Shown here piece by piece: positions 39,715 through 49,333 of a stretch of DNA of 64,000 nt (position 1 is its first letter; the number at the start of each line of letters is the position of its first letter). The stretch spans positions 6,875 to 70,874 of the forward strand of contig CAYMIW010000002.1 of NCBI GenBank assembly GCA_964390725.1, written 5' to 3'. The notes below the pieces were generated by a model, which saw only the letters and a list, made by a program, of their open reading frames with translations, was not told where the DNA came from and made no database searches. The stretch is from an uncultured Syntrophomonadaceae bacterium. Lineage in GTDB: Bacteria > Bacillota > Dethiobacteria > DTU022. The position numbers were made by a program, and so were the translations under genes.

Positions 39715-40494
39715 TTGGAAAAGTTAATTAAACAATATTTTATATCACCGGCAGCAGGTAAAAGGTTAATAGCAAAATCGATATTGCATATCACATCAAT
39801 AGTCGATGCTTTGGAGAATAGAACGATTGTAATTACAGCAGGAACTACTAATGGCTATATTGTTGAAGAAATATTTAAAAGAAAAATCCAGGACGTAGAA
39901 TTTTCCAAAAAAAGGTTTTTCAGGGGTGTATCATTGCCTCATCAATATGCTATGACTGACACTGGAAGATTAGGAGATGAGAGCCACTTTCCTGGTGATG
40001 TGGTTATTGTAAAAGGAAAATGGGAAAAAGGAAAAACAATATTTGATGTTGCAGATAGTTTGAAAAAGGGTGATATTATAATTAAAGGGGCCAATGCCGT
40101 TAATTTGGAAAGTATGCAAGCAGCAATATATGTTGGACATCCAAAGGCAGGCACTATTGGTGTAGCACTTCAAGCTGTTCTGGGTAGAAGAGTTGAATTA
40201 TATTTGCCAGTTGGTTTAGAAAAAAGAATACATGGAGATATAAATGATATTGCAAAAAGGCTGAACTCTTCAAATGCAACGGGTTCGAGGTATTTACCTG
40301 TAAGCGGGAACGTCATAACTGAATTGGATGCAATTAAGCGAATAACCGGGGCTTCAGCTGAACTTGTTGCAAGTGGTGGAATATGTGGAGCGGAGGGAAG
40401 TTGTTGGATTGCTGTTTCTGGAAGTAATAAACAGTTGAGTGATACGGACGATTTAATAAAAGATATTATTAATGAACCCATTTTTGAAATATAA
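39715..40494 (+). CDS. hypothetical protein (TTG start)
   Basis: 259-aa ORF preceded by RBS ggaggag. Glycine-rich, soluble-looking. No motif recognised. Confidence 0.45.
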   Translation: MEKLIKQYFISPAAGKRLIAKSILHITSIVDALENRTIVITAGTTNGYIVEEIFKRKIQDVEFSKKRFFRGVSLPHQYAMTDTGRLGDESHFPGDVVIVKGKWEKGKTIFDVADSLKKGDIIIKGANAVNLESMQAAIYVGHPKAGTIGVALQAVLGRRVELYLPVGLEKRIHGDINDIAKRLNSSNATGSRYLPVSGNVITELDAIKRITGASAELVASGGICGAEGSCWIAVSGSNKQLSDTDDLIKDIINEPIFEI

Positions 40495-40544
40495 GTCGCG
40501 ATGACGTAGAGAAGAGTTATCAAAATATAACAGAAAAGCCTTCT

Positions 40545-40703
40545 ATGTATAGTTTATGCAATGATTACAAACTTCGAAATGGTGGATACAGGAAAATCGT
40601 GATTAAGAACTGCCTTATTTTATATCGCATTAACAAAGAGGATGAAACGGTTTTTGTCGTTAGGGTGGTATATGGTGGCAGAAATTATTCCGTGCTTATT
40701 TGA
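40545..40703 (+). pseudogene. RelE/ParE-family type II toxin C-terminal fragment (N-terminal half missing)
   Basis: Manual translation gives ...NCLILYRINKEDETVFVVRVVYGGRNYSVLI*, matching the conserved RelE/ParE C-terminus. The ORF is only about 52 codons, stops lie upstream in all frames, and there is no antitoxin-sized ORF upstream. Confidence 0.45.
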
Positions 40704-40763
40704 AGTCGGGGGTGTCAAAAAAATTGACGATAGGCGTTGTTTCTTAAGAGAGGAGGGCTAAAA

Positions 40764-41084
40764 ATGTATAAGAATAAATATTTGGTATTTATCACAACCC
40801 TGTTGCTGCTTGTTTTTTTGATCGCCTGCAGCAGAACTGAAGTAGAAGGGCCGGATTATGAGCTGCAGTTGAAAGCCGAACCTCAAGGGGCTGGGAAAGT
40901 GAACACCTCAATGTCTTCTTTGTCGAATGAGGTAACCCTCGAGGCCAAAGCTGACGATGGATATGTTTTTCAGGTTTGGATGGAAGATGGAAAAGTTGTA
41001 AGCAGTGAAGCCGTTTATCGCTTTGCTCACATCGAAGATAAGGTTTTGACAGCGGTTTTTAAAGCGGTAAGTGAAAATGATTAA
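40764..41084 (+). CDS. small lipoprotein of unknown function
   Basis: RBS gaggagg. Signal peptide and lipobox LIACS. Confidence 0.55.
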   Translation: MYKNKYLVFITTLLLLVFLIACSRTEVEGPDYELQLKAEPQGAGKVNTSMSSLSNEVTLEAKADDGYVFQVWMEDGKVVSSEAVYRFAHIEDKVLTAVFKAVSEND

Positions 41085-41202
41085 TAATCAGAATAGAACT
41101 CAAAACTTCAGATTTGTGAGAGGTACATAATAGCATCATTCCTTGCAAATCAATTTTATCCCTGTTGTTATGGTTGTTTTATGTAACGATAAATAGTAGA
41201 AT

Positions 41203-41232
41203 GTGAATGAATAGAAGTATGCATTCATTCAC
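41203..41232. promoter_or_regulatory. perfect palindrome GTGAATGAAT-N10-ATTCATTCAC, candidate TetR operator (copy 1, upstream of the tetR gene)
   Basis: 10-bp inverted arms read directly from the sequence. An identical element is present at 41877-41906. Confidence 0.5.
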
Positions 41233-41254
41233 TCGGGCAGGGAGGCGGATTCTT

Positions 41255-41848
41255 TTGCTGGATAAAAAACAGGATATATTTAATAGCGCAAGGGAAATGT
41301 TTTACTATAAAGGTTTTAAGGAAACTAACGTTGCTGATATTGCAAAGCATGCTGGAATAGCTGTAGGTACATTTTATAATTACTACGACTCAAAAGAGCA
41401 AATATTTTTCGAAGTTCTGATGAAAGAAAATGAGAAGCAAAAAAAGAGCATGTTAGAGTCAATTGAGCTGAATAGCGATGATCCGGCAGCCCTGGTTAAC
41501 GAGCTTGTTTCGCAAAACCTCAGGGCAATGAATGAAAATCCAATCTTGAGGGAATGGAATAACGAAGAACTTGTTAATAAGCTTGAAAGATTATTCTATG
41601 AATATAAAGGTATTGAGAGTATCGGGAAATTCTATGAAAGTATGGCAATAAAACAAATTAGAAAATGGAAAAACGAAGGTAAGTTACGAGAGGATATGGA
41701 TGATGAATTTATACTGGCGTTACTCAATTCTGTGCATTATGTAGATATTCATAAGGCAGATCTAGGGGTGCAGCACTTTCCACAACTTATACAATACCTG
41801 ATCGAGTTTATAATGAAAGGTTTAACGAGCCTGGTAGTGAAAAAATAG
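41255..41848 (+). CDS. TetR/AcrR-family transcriptional regulator (likely TTG start 41255; the ORF from ATG 41207 would begin inside the operator)
   Basis: HTH IFNSAREMFYYKGFKETNVADIAKHAGIAVGTFYNYYDSKEQ. RBS gggagg 9 nt upstream of TTG 41255. Confidence 0.7.
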   Translation: MLDKKQDIFNSAREMFYYKGFKETNVADIAKHAGIAVGTFYNYYDSKEQIFFEVLMKENEKQKKSMLESIELNSDDPAALVNELVSQNLRAMNENPILREWNNEELVNKLERLFYEYKGIESIGKFYESMAIKQIRKWKNEGKLREDMDDEFILALLNSVHYVDIHKADLGVQHFPQLIQYLIEFIMKGLTSLVVKK

Positions 41849-41876
41849 TTGCCTAAAAGTTGTTTTTTGATTAAAA

Positions 41877-41906
41877 GTGAATGAATATAATAATATATTC
41901 ATTCAC
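41877..41906. promoter_or_regulatory. perfect palindrome GTGAATGAAT-N10-ATTCATTCAC, candidate TetR operator (copy 2, upstream of the DUF4097 gene)
   Basis: Arms and spacer length identical to copy 1 at 41203-41232. Confidence 0.5.
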
Positions 41907-41940
41907 TCAATGTTGCTTTTGGGAAGGGCGGTTAATTAGC

Positions 41941-42804
41941 ATGAAAGCAGTTAAAAAGGGCTTAATAGCGATTAGCATGGCATTGGTTGTTTTGTTAATA
42001 GCAGGAGGTGCAGTATTTATGTTTGGTATGAAGGAAGAAATTTTAAAAGAGAATTATTATCTTGAACCGGGAAGTCTGCTGGACGTTAACAATAAAAGAG
42101 GAACCATAACAATTACGGGGTGGAAACAGGATTATATAGAGATAATAGCTGTCAAACAGAGCGTACTAGGGCTGTTCTTTGATCAGGTAAGTATTGAGGT
42201 AATTGATGAAGAGAGGTTTGCTGTTAGCACAAAATATTGTACCAGTATGTCTCAGGGCGTTGGTGTTGATTACAGCATTAGAGTGCCTGATGGGGTGTTA
42301 GTGTCTCAGGTAAATAATTTAGCAGGGAGTATTAACATTGAGCATGTTGAGGGAGACGTTATTGTACAGACAGCAAGTGGCAGTATTAATATAAATAATG
42401 TTCCGGGAAGTGTCTCAGCAAAAACGTCCAGAGGAGCGATTAAAATTAACGAAGCAGCCGGCTTCGTCAGTGCAATAAGTGAAACCGGCAATATTAGCAT
42501 CAGGGAAGCGGGTGGAATCCACAAGATCCATACCGACCGTGGTAATATTTTATTAGATGTTTTAGCTATTCAGGAGTGCCTGGAAGTTAGTTCTCAATCA
42601 GGCTCAATTACGGCATTTCTCAGCCCAGGTCTGGATGCATATATCGAGGTGAGCACTTCCAGTGGTAATATCTCGCATGAGGATCTATCTCCATCTGTTA
42701 TTGAGTTAACAAGTAATAAACTGATCGCTTCAATAGGAGAAGGGAGCAATAAAATAAACATTACCACATCTTCAGGTTCCATAAATCTGAAAATAATGCC
42801 ATGA
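41941..42804 (+). CDS. DUF4097-family beta-strand repeat protein (YvlB/LiaF-C-terminal-like putative cell-envelope stress protein), membrane-anchored
   Basis: N-terminal TM (LIAISMALVVLLIAGGAVFMF), then repeated SGSINI/GNISI/GAIKIN motifs typical of the DUF4097 beta-helix. Confidence 0.7.
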   Translation: MKAVKKGLIAISMALVVLLIAGGAVFMFGMKEEILKENYYLEPGSLLDVNNKRGTITITGWKQDYIEIIAVKQSVLGLFFDQVSIEVIDEERFAVSTKYCTSMSQGVGVDYSIRVPDGVLVSQVNNLAGSINIEHVEGDVIVQTASGSININNVPGSVSAKTSRGAIKINEAAGFVSAISETGNISIREAGGIHKIHTDRGNILLDVLAIQECLEVSSQSGSITAFLSPGLDAYIEVSTSSGNISHEDLSPSVIELTSNKLIASIGEGSNKINITTSSGSINLKIMP

Positions 42805-42895
42805 ATAGCCTTTGGGGTTAAGGTTTAGCAGGCGAGAAGTTTAAGGTAATAAGGCCAAGCTGTTTTTAGACTACCCGGCTGTTGATTAACGCATA

Positions 42896-42930
42896 AGAAA
42901 ACCGCGCTATTAGAAAACGCGGTTTTCCTG
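42896..42930. terminator. terminator hairpin between convergent genes
   Basis: AAAACCGCG-ctattagaa-AACGCGGTTTT with T-run on + and A-run on the complementary side. Lies between the DUF4097 gene (+) and the reductase gene (-). Confidence 0.6.
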
Positions 42931-42950
42931 TTATCTTTAAAGCATAGTTA

Positions 42951-44159
42951 TTATAATTGATTATGAACGCGAAGAACCACATCACTCATCGGGTATGCCG
43001 AGCAGACATGGACAAAGCCATCATCAAGATCGCCTGCTCTCACACCCAGGCCCTCGGGTCTGTACCATATATCTCCTTTCTCAAGAAGACTGCGACACCA
43101 GCCACATTCGCCACTGCGGCAGTGGGAATCTACAGCATACCCTGCCCGTTCTAGGGCTACTAGAAGGGTTTCATCGGAACGGCATTCAAGTTCAACTTCC
43201 GTTATTCCGTATCTCAATGTTAGTCTGAATACCTGTCCTTTTTTGCCTGCCGGGAATTCCGAATGGGCAGTAATGTCATCGCTTTCTCCATAAGCTTCTT
43301 CCTGACGAAAACGCCTGATTACGCCCAGATTGTCAAGGGCCTTGTTAACAAAACCATACATTGCCTGGGGGCCGCAAATGAAATAACTTTTTCCGCCGGT
43401 ATCTCCTGTAACTTTTTTAATTAGATCGGCTGTGATAAAACCTTTTTCGCCATCCCAGTCAGAAGTGGGTTCCGAAAGCACATGGATTACCCGGATTCTA
43501 CCGTTGCTTTGTTTAGCCAGCAAATCTAATTCTTCCCGGAAGATTATGTCATTTTGATTGCGGCTTCCGTAAAGGATAGTAAGTTTTTCGGGCCGTTTGC
43601 TTTCGGTAAGCATATCCCGTGCGATTGAGCGAAACGGGGTGATACCACTGCCGCCAGCCAATGCCACAAGCTCTTTTTGATCGCGAATACCGTGGTACCA
43701 CATATTACCAAAGGCCCCGTCGCATTGAATGATTACCCCAGGTTTCCAGTTGTTGGTTATATATTCGCTTGTATACCCGCCATCTTTTTTCTTTATGGTG
43801 ATTTCAATATAGCCGTCTTCTGCAGCATTAAGCGGTGAAGATGATATTGTGTAAGGGCGGGTACAGTTACGTCCGTCTATTTCAAACTTAACCGAAAGAT
43901 ACTGGCCGGCGTAGAAGAAAGGCAATTTATACCCTTCTGTCGCTTTCAGCCGGTAGGTCTTTGTTGTTGGGGTCTCTTCTGTAACAGTATCAATTTGGGC
44001 ATCAAATAAACCGGGATGAAATTCTTTTACGAATTCAGCGATCGGGTCGCTTCCATCGACAAAAGGCTTTCCGCTATCTATCCAGGCATTACGCTGCGGG
44101 ATAAGCCTGGCGAATTTAATCAGGTCGCGAACTTTACCATTTACTGTAATATTTGACAT
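42951..44159 (-). CDS. FNR-like oxidoreductase (FAD-binding + NAD(P)-binding) with C-terminal plant-type 2Fe-2S ferredoxin domain (reductase B1)
   Basis: RPYTISS flavin motif, NAD-binding LAGGSGITPFRS, C-terminal CRSGECGWCRS...C (C-x4-C-x2-C...C). Confidence 0.75.
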   Translation of the reverse strand: MSNITVNGKVRDLIKFARLIPQRNAWIDSGKPFVDGSDPIAEFVKEFHPGLFDAQIDTVTEETPTTKTYRLKATEGYKLPFFYAGQYLSVKFEIDGRNCTRPYTISSSPLNAAEDGYIEITIKKKDGGYTSEYITNNWKPGVIIQCDGAFGNMWYHGIRDQKELVALAGGSGITPFRSIARDMLTESKRPEKLTILYGSRNQNDIIFREELDLLAKQSNGRIRVIHVLSEPTSDWDGEKGFITADLIKKVTGDTGGKSYFICGPQAMYGFVNKALDNLGVIRRFRQEEAYGESDDITAHSEFPAGKKGQVFRLTLRYGITEVELECRSDETLLVALERAGYAVDSHCRSGECGWCRSLLEKGDIWYRPEGLGVRAGDLDDGFVHVCSAYPMSDVVLRVHNQL

Positions 44160-45745
44160 TATGACACCCCCTGAAGTTCTTTAAAAGTGTCTTCGGCAAC
44201 GCGGATACCCGAGCTTATAACACTTGAATAACCGACTGTTCTGAAAGTACCGCCGCCTACAAAATCAAGCCCCTTCAGGAAACGCTCTTTTTCCATGCTC
44301 AGTGTGCGCGAAATAACTCCGTCAAGGGCCGTTTGCTCATAACCATATATATTTCCACGCAGGGCATTGGCATAACGGACATAAGTAGCCGGGGTCGAGA
44401 TGGAGATTTCCTCAATGTGTTCCCGGATAGATGCGCCGGTAGCCAGTTCAAACCGGTCGATAAGATAGTTGGCCAGCTCTTCATTTGATTCAAGATACTT
44501 ATATTTATCCATTGCTTCCAGGAAGGCATCCGGATGGTAGGTCTCAGCGAAATTAAGCTGACAGCGGTTTTTACCTGTGCAACCGGGTATGGCAACATCT
44601 GAGCAGGTTACAACCAGTTTGGGATGTTTAACCCAATGTCTTATGGTTTCTGCGATCTGCTCGGTATGCAGGTGATCACCGATAAAGTATTCGTAGCTGT
44701 CAATGCCCATTTCTTTGGCGGGAGCATTGAGGCCCAGGTACATTGTAAAAGGCGACAGGGCAAGTTTGCGGACATTATAGAGTTTTTTCATACGCTCTGG
44801 AATAAATGATTCTGGAAGCATCTTTGTAATGGCAATTGTGGCGAGCGCATTACAAATCACCTGCCTGGCTCCGATTCTGGTTCCGTCTGCAAGTTCAATT
44901 CCTGTTACGCGGTCACTTTCTGTAAGAAAACGCTCCACCTTGGTGCAGCATTCTACCTGTGCCCCCAGCTTCCGCAATTGCATTTCCACTTTATTCGCCA
45001 TGGAGTGAGAAGTTTTTTCCGGGATATGCGCTCCTTCAATAAGATAACGGTGAAGCATAACAGCCCATACCGGAAAGCTTATTATACGCATGGAGTGTCC
45101 CAGGTAGCCAACCATGCAGTGTAAAACCTGAATGGTTCGCTCACTGAAGTTAAACTGGGCATTAACCTCAGCTACCGAGTATCCGGCCAGGCGTACAAAA
45201 GAAGCATGGTCCTTAAGGATTTTCAGGGGTTTGATTGAGCTCGAATTTTCAATGTCTTCCAGCGCATCAGCAATTTCTTCACATAAATCAAGGTAGCGGG
45301 ACATCTTTTCTCCATCGCCGGGCGATAGTTTTTCAATTGCTTCAACAATTTTTGTTCGACCATAGGGCATGGTCATATTAATATCATAGTTCGAAAGAAT
45401 GCAGCGGTACATTTCCGGTGTCTGTTTCAGATCAAGGTCTACTCCGCATTCTTCAATCAGTAACCGACGCGCCCGCCCGTGTGCAGTTTGGATTCCTTTC
45501 TCCTTAGCTTCAATCTGGCCTGTGCCAAATTCACACAATGCATGCAGGGTTGCCTCAAATTCAAAACGGCCCCGTACGAAACTGGTTGCAAAACCGCCGG
45601 TCATATTATGCTGTTCCACCAACAGGACATCAACGCCTTTTTGGGCTAAACGCAGTGCAGCTGTTAGTCCGCCAAAGCCTCCACCGACTACAATAACATC
45701 ATAGTTATCTTTGAAGCGCTTAAGTCCTTTCATGCCGTTTTTCAC
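44159..45745 (-). CDS. CrtI/phytoene-desaturase-like NAD(P)/FAD-dependent oxidoreductase (A1)
   Basis: N-terminal dinucleotide fold YDVIVVGGGFGGLTAALRLAQKG. About 520 aa, as in the CrtI/amine-oxidase superfamily. Stop overlaps the start of the B1 reductase. Confidence 0.75.
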   Translation of the reverse strand: MKNGMKGLKRFKDNYDVIVVGGGFGGLTAALRLAQKGVDVLLVEQHNMTGGFATSFVRGRFEFEATLHALCEFGTGQIEAKEKGIQTAHGRARRLLIEECGVDLDLKQTPEMYRCILSNYDINMTMPYGRTKIVEAIEKLSPGDGEKMSRYLDLCEEIADALEDIENSSSIKPLKILKDHASFVRLAGYSVAEVNAQFNFSERTIQVLHCMVGYLGHSMRIISFPVWAVMLHRYLIEGAHIPEKTSHSMANKVEMQLRKLGAQVECCTKVERFLTESDRVTGIELADGTRIGARQVICNALATIAITKMLPESFIPERMKKLYNVRKLALSPFTMYLGLNAPAKEMGIDSYEYFIGDHLHTEQIAETIRHWVKHPKLVVTCSDVAIPGCTGKNRCQLNFAETYHPDAFLEAMDKYKYLESNEELANYLIDRFELATGASIREHIEEISISTPATYVRYANALRGNIYGYEQTALDGVISRTLSMEKERFLKGLDFVGGGTFRTVGYSSVISSGIRVAEDTFKELQGVS

Positions 45746-45757
45746 TTCCTTTTCGTT

Positions 45758-47002
45758 TTAGCTATTTCTTAAACTGGCCTGTTTTTGAAGCGGCTCTTTT
45801 ACATGTTTCCCAGGTGGGATCCTTATGGTCAGGTCTGATAGGGGATAGGTAGAACAGGGATGTATGTAACCAAGTTCTTTATCTACAGCTCTTCTGCCGT
45901 CATGATCAGGTAGAATGTACACTTCGCCTGATATAAGTTTGCTGCGGCAGATTCCACATTCGCCTGAGCGACAGCATGAATCGAGAACTAAACCGCTTTT
46001 TTCAACAGCTACCAATATGCTTTCAGATGTTTTTGCAGAAATTGCAATACGGCTTTCTCCAATATGTACATCCATATTAACGGTTTTTTCTGCTTGTTCT
46101 GATGGGTAACCTGTCATTAGGGTTACGTTGTCGGGAGTGCCGCCAACCTCAAAACGCATCTGTTTGCGTTCCAGGGCCCCAAGTTTTTGCAGCTCTTTTT
46201 CCACGAAGCTGTACATAATTGAGGGTCCGCAGATAAAATAGGTTTTTACGGAGGGGTCGGGTACATTATTGCGGATAAAATCAGCATCGATGTAGCCCTG
46301 CCGGAGGTTTGAGCTATCCGTTTTTTCATATGTATTAAAACGCCGCAACCTGTCCGGGAAACGTTGGCAAAGATCGTCAAGTTCTTTTTCAAACAACAGG
46401 TCGCAATCATCTTTGCACCCATACAGAATGGTCATTTTCATATCTGTTTCTTTGCAGGCAAACTGTTTCATCATTGAGCGGAACGGTGTGATGCCTGTTC
46501 CACCTGCCAAAGCTACGATATCTTTTGTGTCACGCAAAGGAGAATAAAAAAAGTCTCCATGTGGTCCGGATGCCAATATATCCATACTTATTTCCCAGTT
46601 ATCCCATATAAAATTACTCACCAGTCCTCCCGGTTTTTTGCGTACACTGATTTCGTAGTAACCCTTTGTCCCTTCCGCTTCGAAAGGAGCGGAGGATATA
46701 GTGTAAGCACGGGAGATAAAACTATCTTTTATCACAAGTTTTACACTTATATACTGACCTGCCAGAAATACCGGTAGCGCGGGTGAGTCTTTAGCTGGCT
46801 GCAGGCGATAAGTTTTTACAGTATCATTTTCATCAATAATATCTGTAATGGTAAGTTTCAGTTCATCGGGATGCATTGCTTTTGCCAGTGCGGAAATTGG
46901 ATCAGGTAGTTTTTCTGCAGGTGCTGCAGCAATACGAGCCTGCCGATCTTTTTTCATTCGTAAAAGGGCAAACAGCCCGGGGATGAATTTTATTCTACTC
47001 AT
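45758..47002 (-). CDS. FNR-like oxidoreductase with C-terminal plant-type 2Fe-2S domain (reductase B2, paralog of B1)
   Basis: RAYTISS, LAGGTGITPFRS, CRSGECGICRS...C. Clear paralogy with 42951-44159 throughout. Confidence 0.75.
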   Translation of the reverse strand: MSRIKFIPGLFALLRMKKDRQARIAAAPAEKLPDPISALAKAMHPDELKLTITDIIDENDTVKTYRLQPAKDSPALPVFLAGQYISVKLVIKDSFISRAYTISSAPFEAEGTKGYYEISVRKKPGGLVSNFIWDNWEISMDILASGPHGDFFYSPLRDTKDIVALAGGTGITPFRSMMKQFACKETDMKMTILYGCKDDCDLLFEKELDDLCQRFPDRLRRFNTYEKTDSSNLRQGYIDADFIRNNVPDPSVKTYFICGPSIMYSFVEKELQKLGALERKQMRFEVGGTPDNVTLMTGYPSEQAEKTVNMDVHIGESRIAISAKTSESILVAVEKSGLVLDSCCRSGECGICRSKLISGEVYILPDHDGRRAVDKELGYIHPCSTYPLSDLTIRIPPGKHVKEPLQKQASLRNS

Positions 47003-47014
47003 ATTTTGACCTCC

Positions 47015-48565
47015 TTAGCTGTGAGATGCAATTTGTTCTATTGTGGCTAACCTGCCCGAAAGAATTGAGCTCGGAAAGCCCGCAATCAGAAGCCCGGCAT
47101 TGCCCACAAATGAAAGCCCTTCGATCAGGCGTTCTTTATCCTGTGTCAGGGCCTTGATAATGACTGAATCAAATACTCTGTGGTCATATGCATAAACATT
47201 ACCCATAAATGCTCCCAGGTAGCGGGCAAATGTGTGAGGTGTGCAGACTTCGATTTCTTCTATATGATCACGAATTGGAATACCAAGGATGTCTGATGCC
47301 TGGTCTATGAGTGCACCGGCCAGTTCGTACTTCTTCTCATGATAATCAACCCGGGTTACTGACCTCCAGGCTTCAGACCTGGCGAGAGTTTCCAGGTGCA
47401 AAATACAAGTGCCTTCCGGGGAAGCATCAGGAATCAGGGTGTTTGGACATGCACCTGCGAAATATTCGCTGGGTGCAAGGTTATCCAGGTTGTCATAAGC
47501 GCGGTTGATGTTTCCGTCAGGGGCAAAGTAATACATATAGTGGTTTAAGCCCAGTTCTTCTGCACTCCGGTTGAGGCCCATGTAGAGGCTTAGGAAACTG
47601 GTACCTCTTGAACGCATATTTAATGCCTTTAAAGTTTTTTCTGGGAGTTCTTCTCTGGGGAAAATCATGTTTCCAAATACATTATGAGGTAAAGCGTTTG
47701 AGTAAACATGGTTAGTTTTGATAACTTCACCGCGATGGGTTACAATACCGGTCACCCGGCCCTTTTCAACCAGGATTTTATCTACACGGGTGTTGTATTC
47801 AATCTGACCCCCGAGCTCCTGGATTCTTTCAGCCATTTTTGTAGATATTTCAAATGTGGTTTTAAGCGGTGCATGGACTGGTGTTGTAGACATGCAGGAG
47901 AGGACCAGCCCGTATATGGGGTAGGACATGGCATCCATGGGAAGGCCGGTGAAAGTCCAGTAGATATCCAGTAACTCCAGTGCTTTCTCGGGTATTTTGA
48001 ATTTATCTGTTACTTCTTTTACAGTCAGGCCTGCTGCTGCTATTAAACCACTGTGCTTTCTGATCAGGTCCAGTGGCTTAATATTGCCGTCTTGTTCATT
48101 GATATAATTTACTGCGTCAAGCATCTTATCACAAAAATTAAGATATTCAGTTACCGACTGCCTGGTGCCCGGCACTTTTGCCTCGATATATTCTATAAGT
48201 CTTTCTTTTTCAAGTGGCAGGACTTCCTTGATGTTTTTATTGGTCATGGTGTAGAAACGCCCTTCTGTCATCAGGGGAAAGTCAAGATTAAGCTTGAGAT
48301 CGTCTATCAGAAACTTGTATAAAGGGCCTTTATGCTCGGGCGTGCCGAATTCAGTGATACACTGAACTGAAAGTTCAAACTCGAAGCGCCCCCGAACAAA
48401 GCTTGTTGTTACACCACCCGGTAAATTATGCTGTTCAAGTACCAGCACATTCAAGCCATTATAGGCCAGGTTACATCCGGCAGCCAATCCTCCCATCCCG
48501 CTACCAATTACGACAGCATCATATTGTTCTTTAAATAACTGTTCCAAATTACTCCTCCTCTCCAA
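47015..48565 (-). CDS. CrtI/phytoene-desaturase-like NAD(P)/FAD-dependent oxidoreductase (A2, paralog of A1)
   Basis: YDAVVIGSGMGGLAAGCNLAYNG...LEQHNLPGGVTTSFVRGRFEFE aligns by eye with A1 (...LVEQHNMTGGFATSFVRGRFEFE). Confidence 0.75.
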   Translation of the reverse strand: MERRSNLEQLFKEQYDAVVIGSGMGGLAAGCNLAYNGLNVLVLEQHNLPGGVTTSFVRGRFEFELSVQCITEFGTPEHKGPLYKFLIDDLKLNLDFPLMTEGRFYTMTNKNIKEVLPLEKERLIEYIEAKVPGTRQSVTEYLNFCDKMLDAVNYINEQDGNIKPLDLIRKHSGLIAAAGLTVKEVTDKFKIPEKALELLDIYWTFTGLPMDAMSYPIYGLVLSCMSTTPVHAPLKTTFEISTKMAERIQELGGQIEYNTRVDKILVEKGRVTGIVTHRGEVIKTNHVYSNALPHNVFGNMIFPREELPEKTLKALNMRSRGTSFLSLYMGLNRSAEELGLNHYMYYFAPDGNINRAYDNLDNLAPSEYFAGACPNTLIPDASPEGTCILHLETLARSEAWRSVTRVDYHEKKYELAGALIDQASDILGIPIRDHIEEIEVCTPHTFARYLGAFMGNVYAYDHRVFDSVIIKALTQDKERLIEGLSFVGNAGLLIAGFPSSILSGRLATIEQIASHS

Positions 48566-48601
48566 ATATTATTAGCAAGCAATCAACAGTATTTAACTAG
48601 A

Positions 48602-49333
48602 TCAACTTTCTTTATCTTCGAACAGTTGCTCCAGGACTCCGATTCCCGAATGCATAATAGCCATGGTCGCCTGTTCAGATCGGTCGGCATTGCGCGACCG
48701 CAGTGCACCCAACAGTATTTCGTGTTGTTTAATCGAGGTGGTACAGCGTTCATCGTTATTAAAAATTTTTGGTAAATAATAAAGGAGAGCCTGTTCGAAA
48801 GACTTAAAGATCATGGCGTAAATAATGTTCCCTGATGCATTACAAACCTCATAATGGAATCGGAAATTGGCATGCATGAATTTGTTCCGGTCTTTACCAA
48901 GAGAAGATTTCATTTCAACAATAGCTTTTTCAAGCTCCGCCAGATTATCATCAGTAGCATTTACCGCTGCCAGCTTAGCACATTCACTTTCCAGCAATAT
49001 GCGCATTTCTGATAAACTGGTAAAAAACCCATGATCCGTTATTTCTGAACTGTGGTTAATAAGAGATAAGAGCATCTGCGGGGTACTTTCTTTCTTATAA
49101 TCTGTGACAAATGTTCCTTTTCTTGGTATAACACGCAGAAAGCCTTTTGCCTCCAAATCTAGAATGGCAAGGTTAACAAGGCTGCGGCTAACTCCCATCG
49201 CTGCTGCTAAATCGCGCTCGGGAGGCAGCCGGTCACCGGGTTTTAATGCGCCGGAAAAAATTTTGCTTTCAATCTCATATACAACTTGTGAACGCATGCT
49301 TATGTTTCTAAGTTTGGGAAAGGTTATGCTCAA
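48602..49333 (-). CDS. GntR-family transcriptional regulator with FCD domain
   Basis: wHTH GDRLPPERDLAAAMGVSRSLVNLAILDLEAKGFL plus helical C-terminal domain. First gene of the minus-strand redox operon. Confidence 0.8.
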   Translation of the reverse strand: MSITFPKLRNISMRSQVVYEIESKIFSGALKPGDRLPPERDLAAAMGVSRSLVNLAILDLEAKGFLRVIPRKGTFVTDYKKESTPQMLLSLINHSSEITDHGFFTSLSEMRILLESECAKLAAVNATDDNLAELEKAIVEMKSSLGKDRNKFMHANFRFHYEVCNASGNIIYAMIFKSFEQALLYYLPKIFNNDERCTTSIKQHEILLGALRSRNADRSEQATMAIMHSGIGVLEQLFEDKES

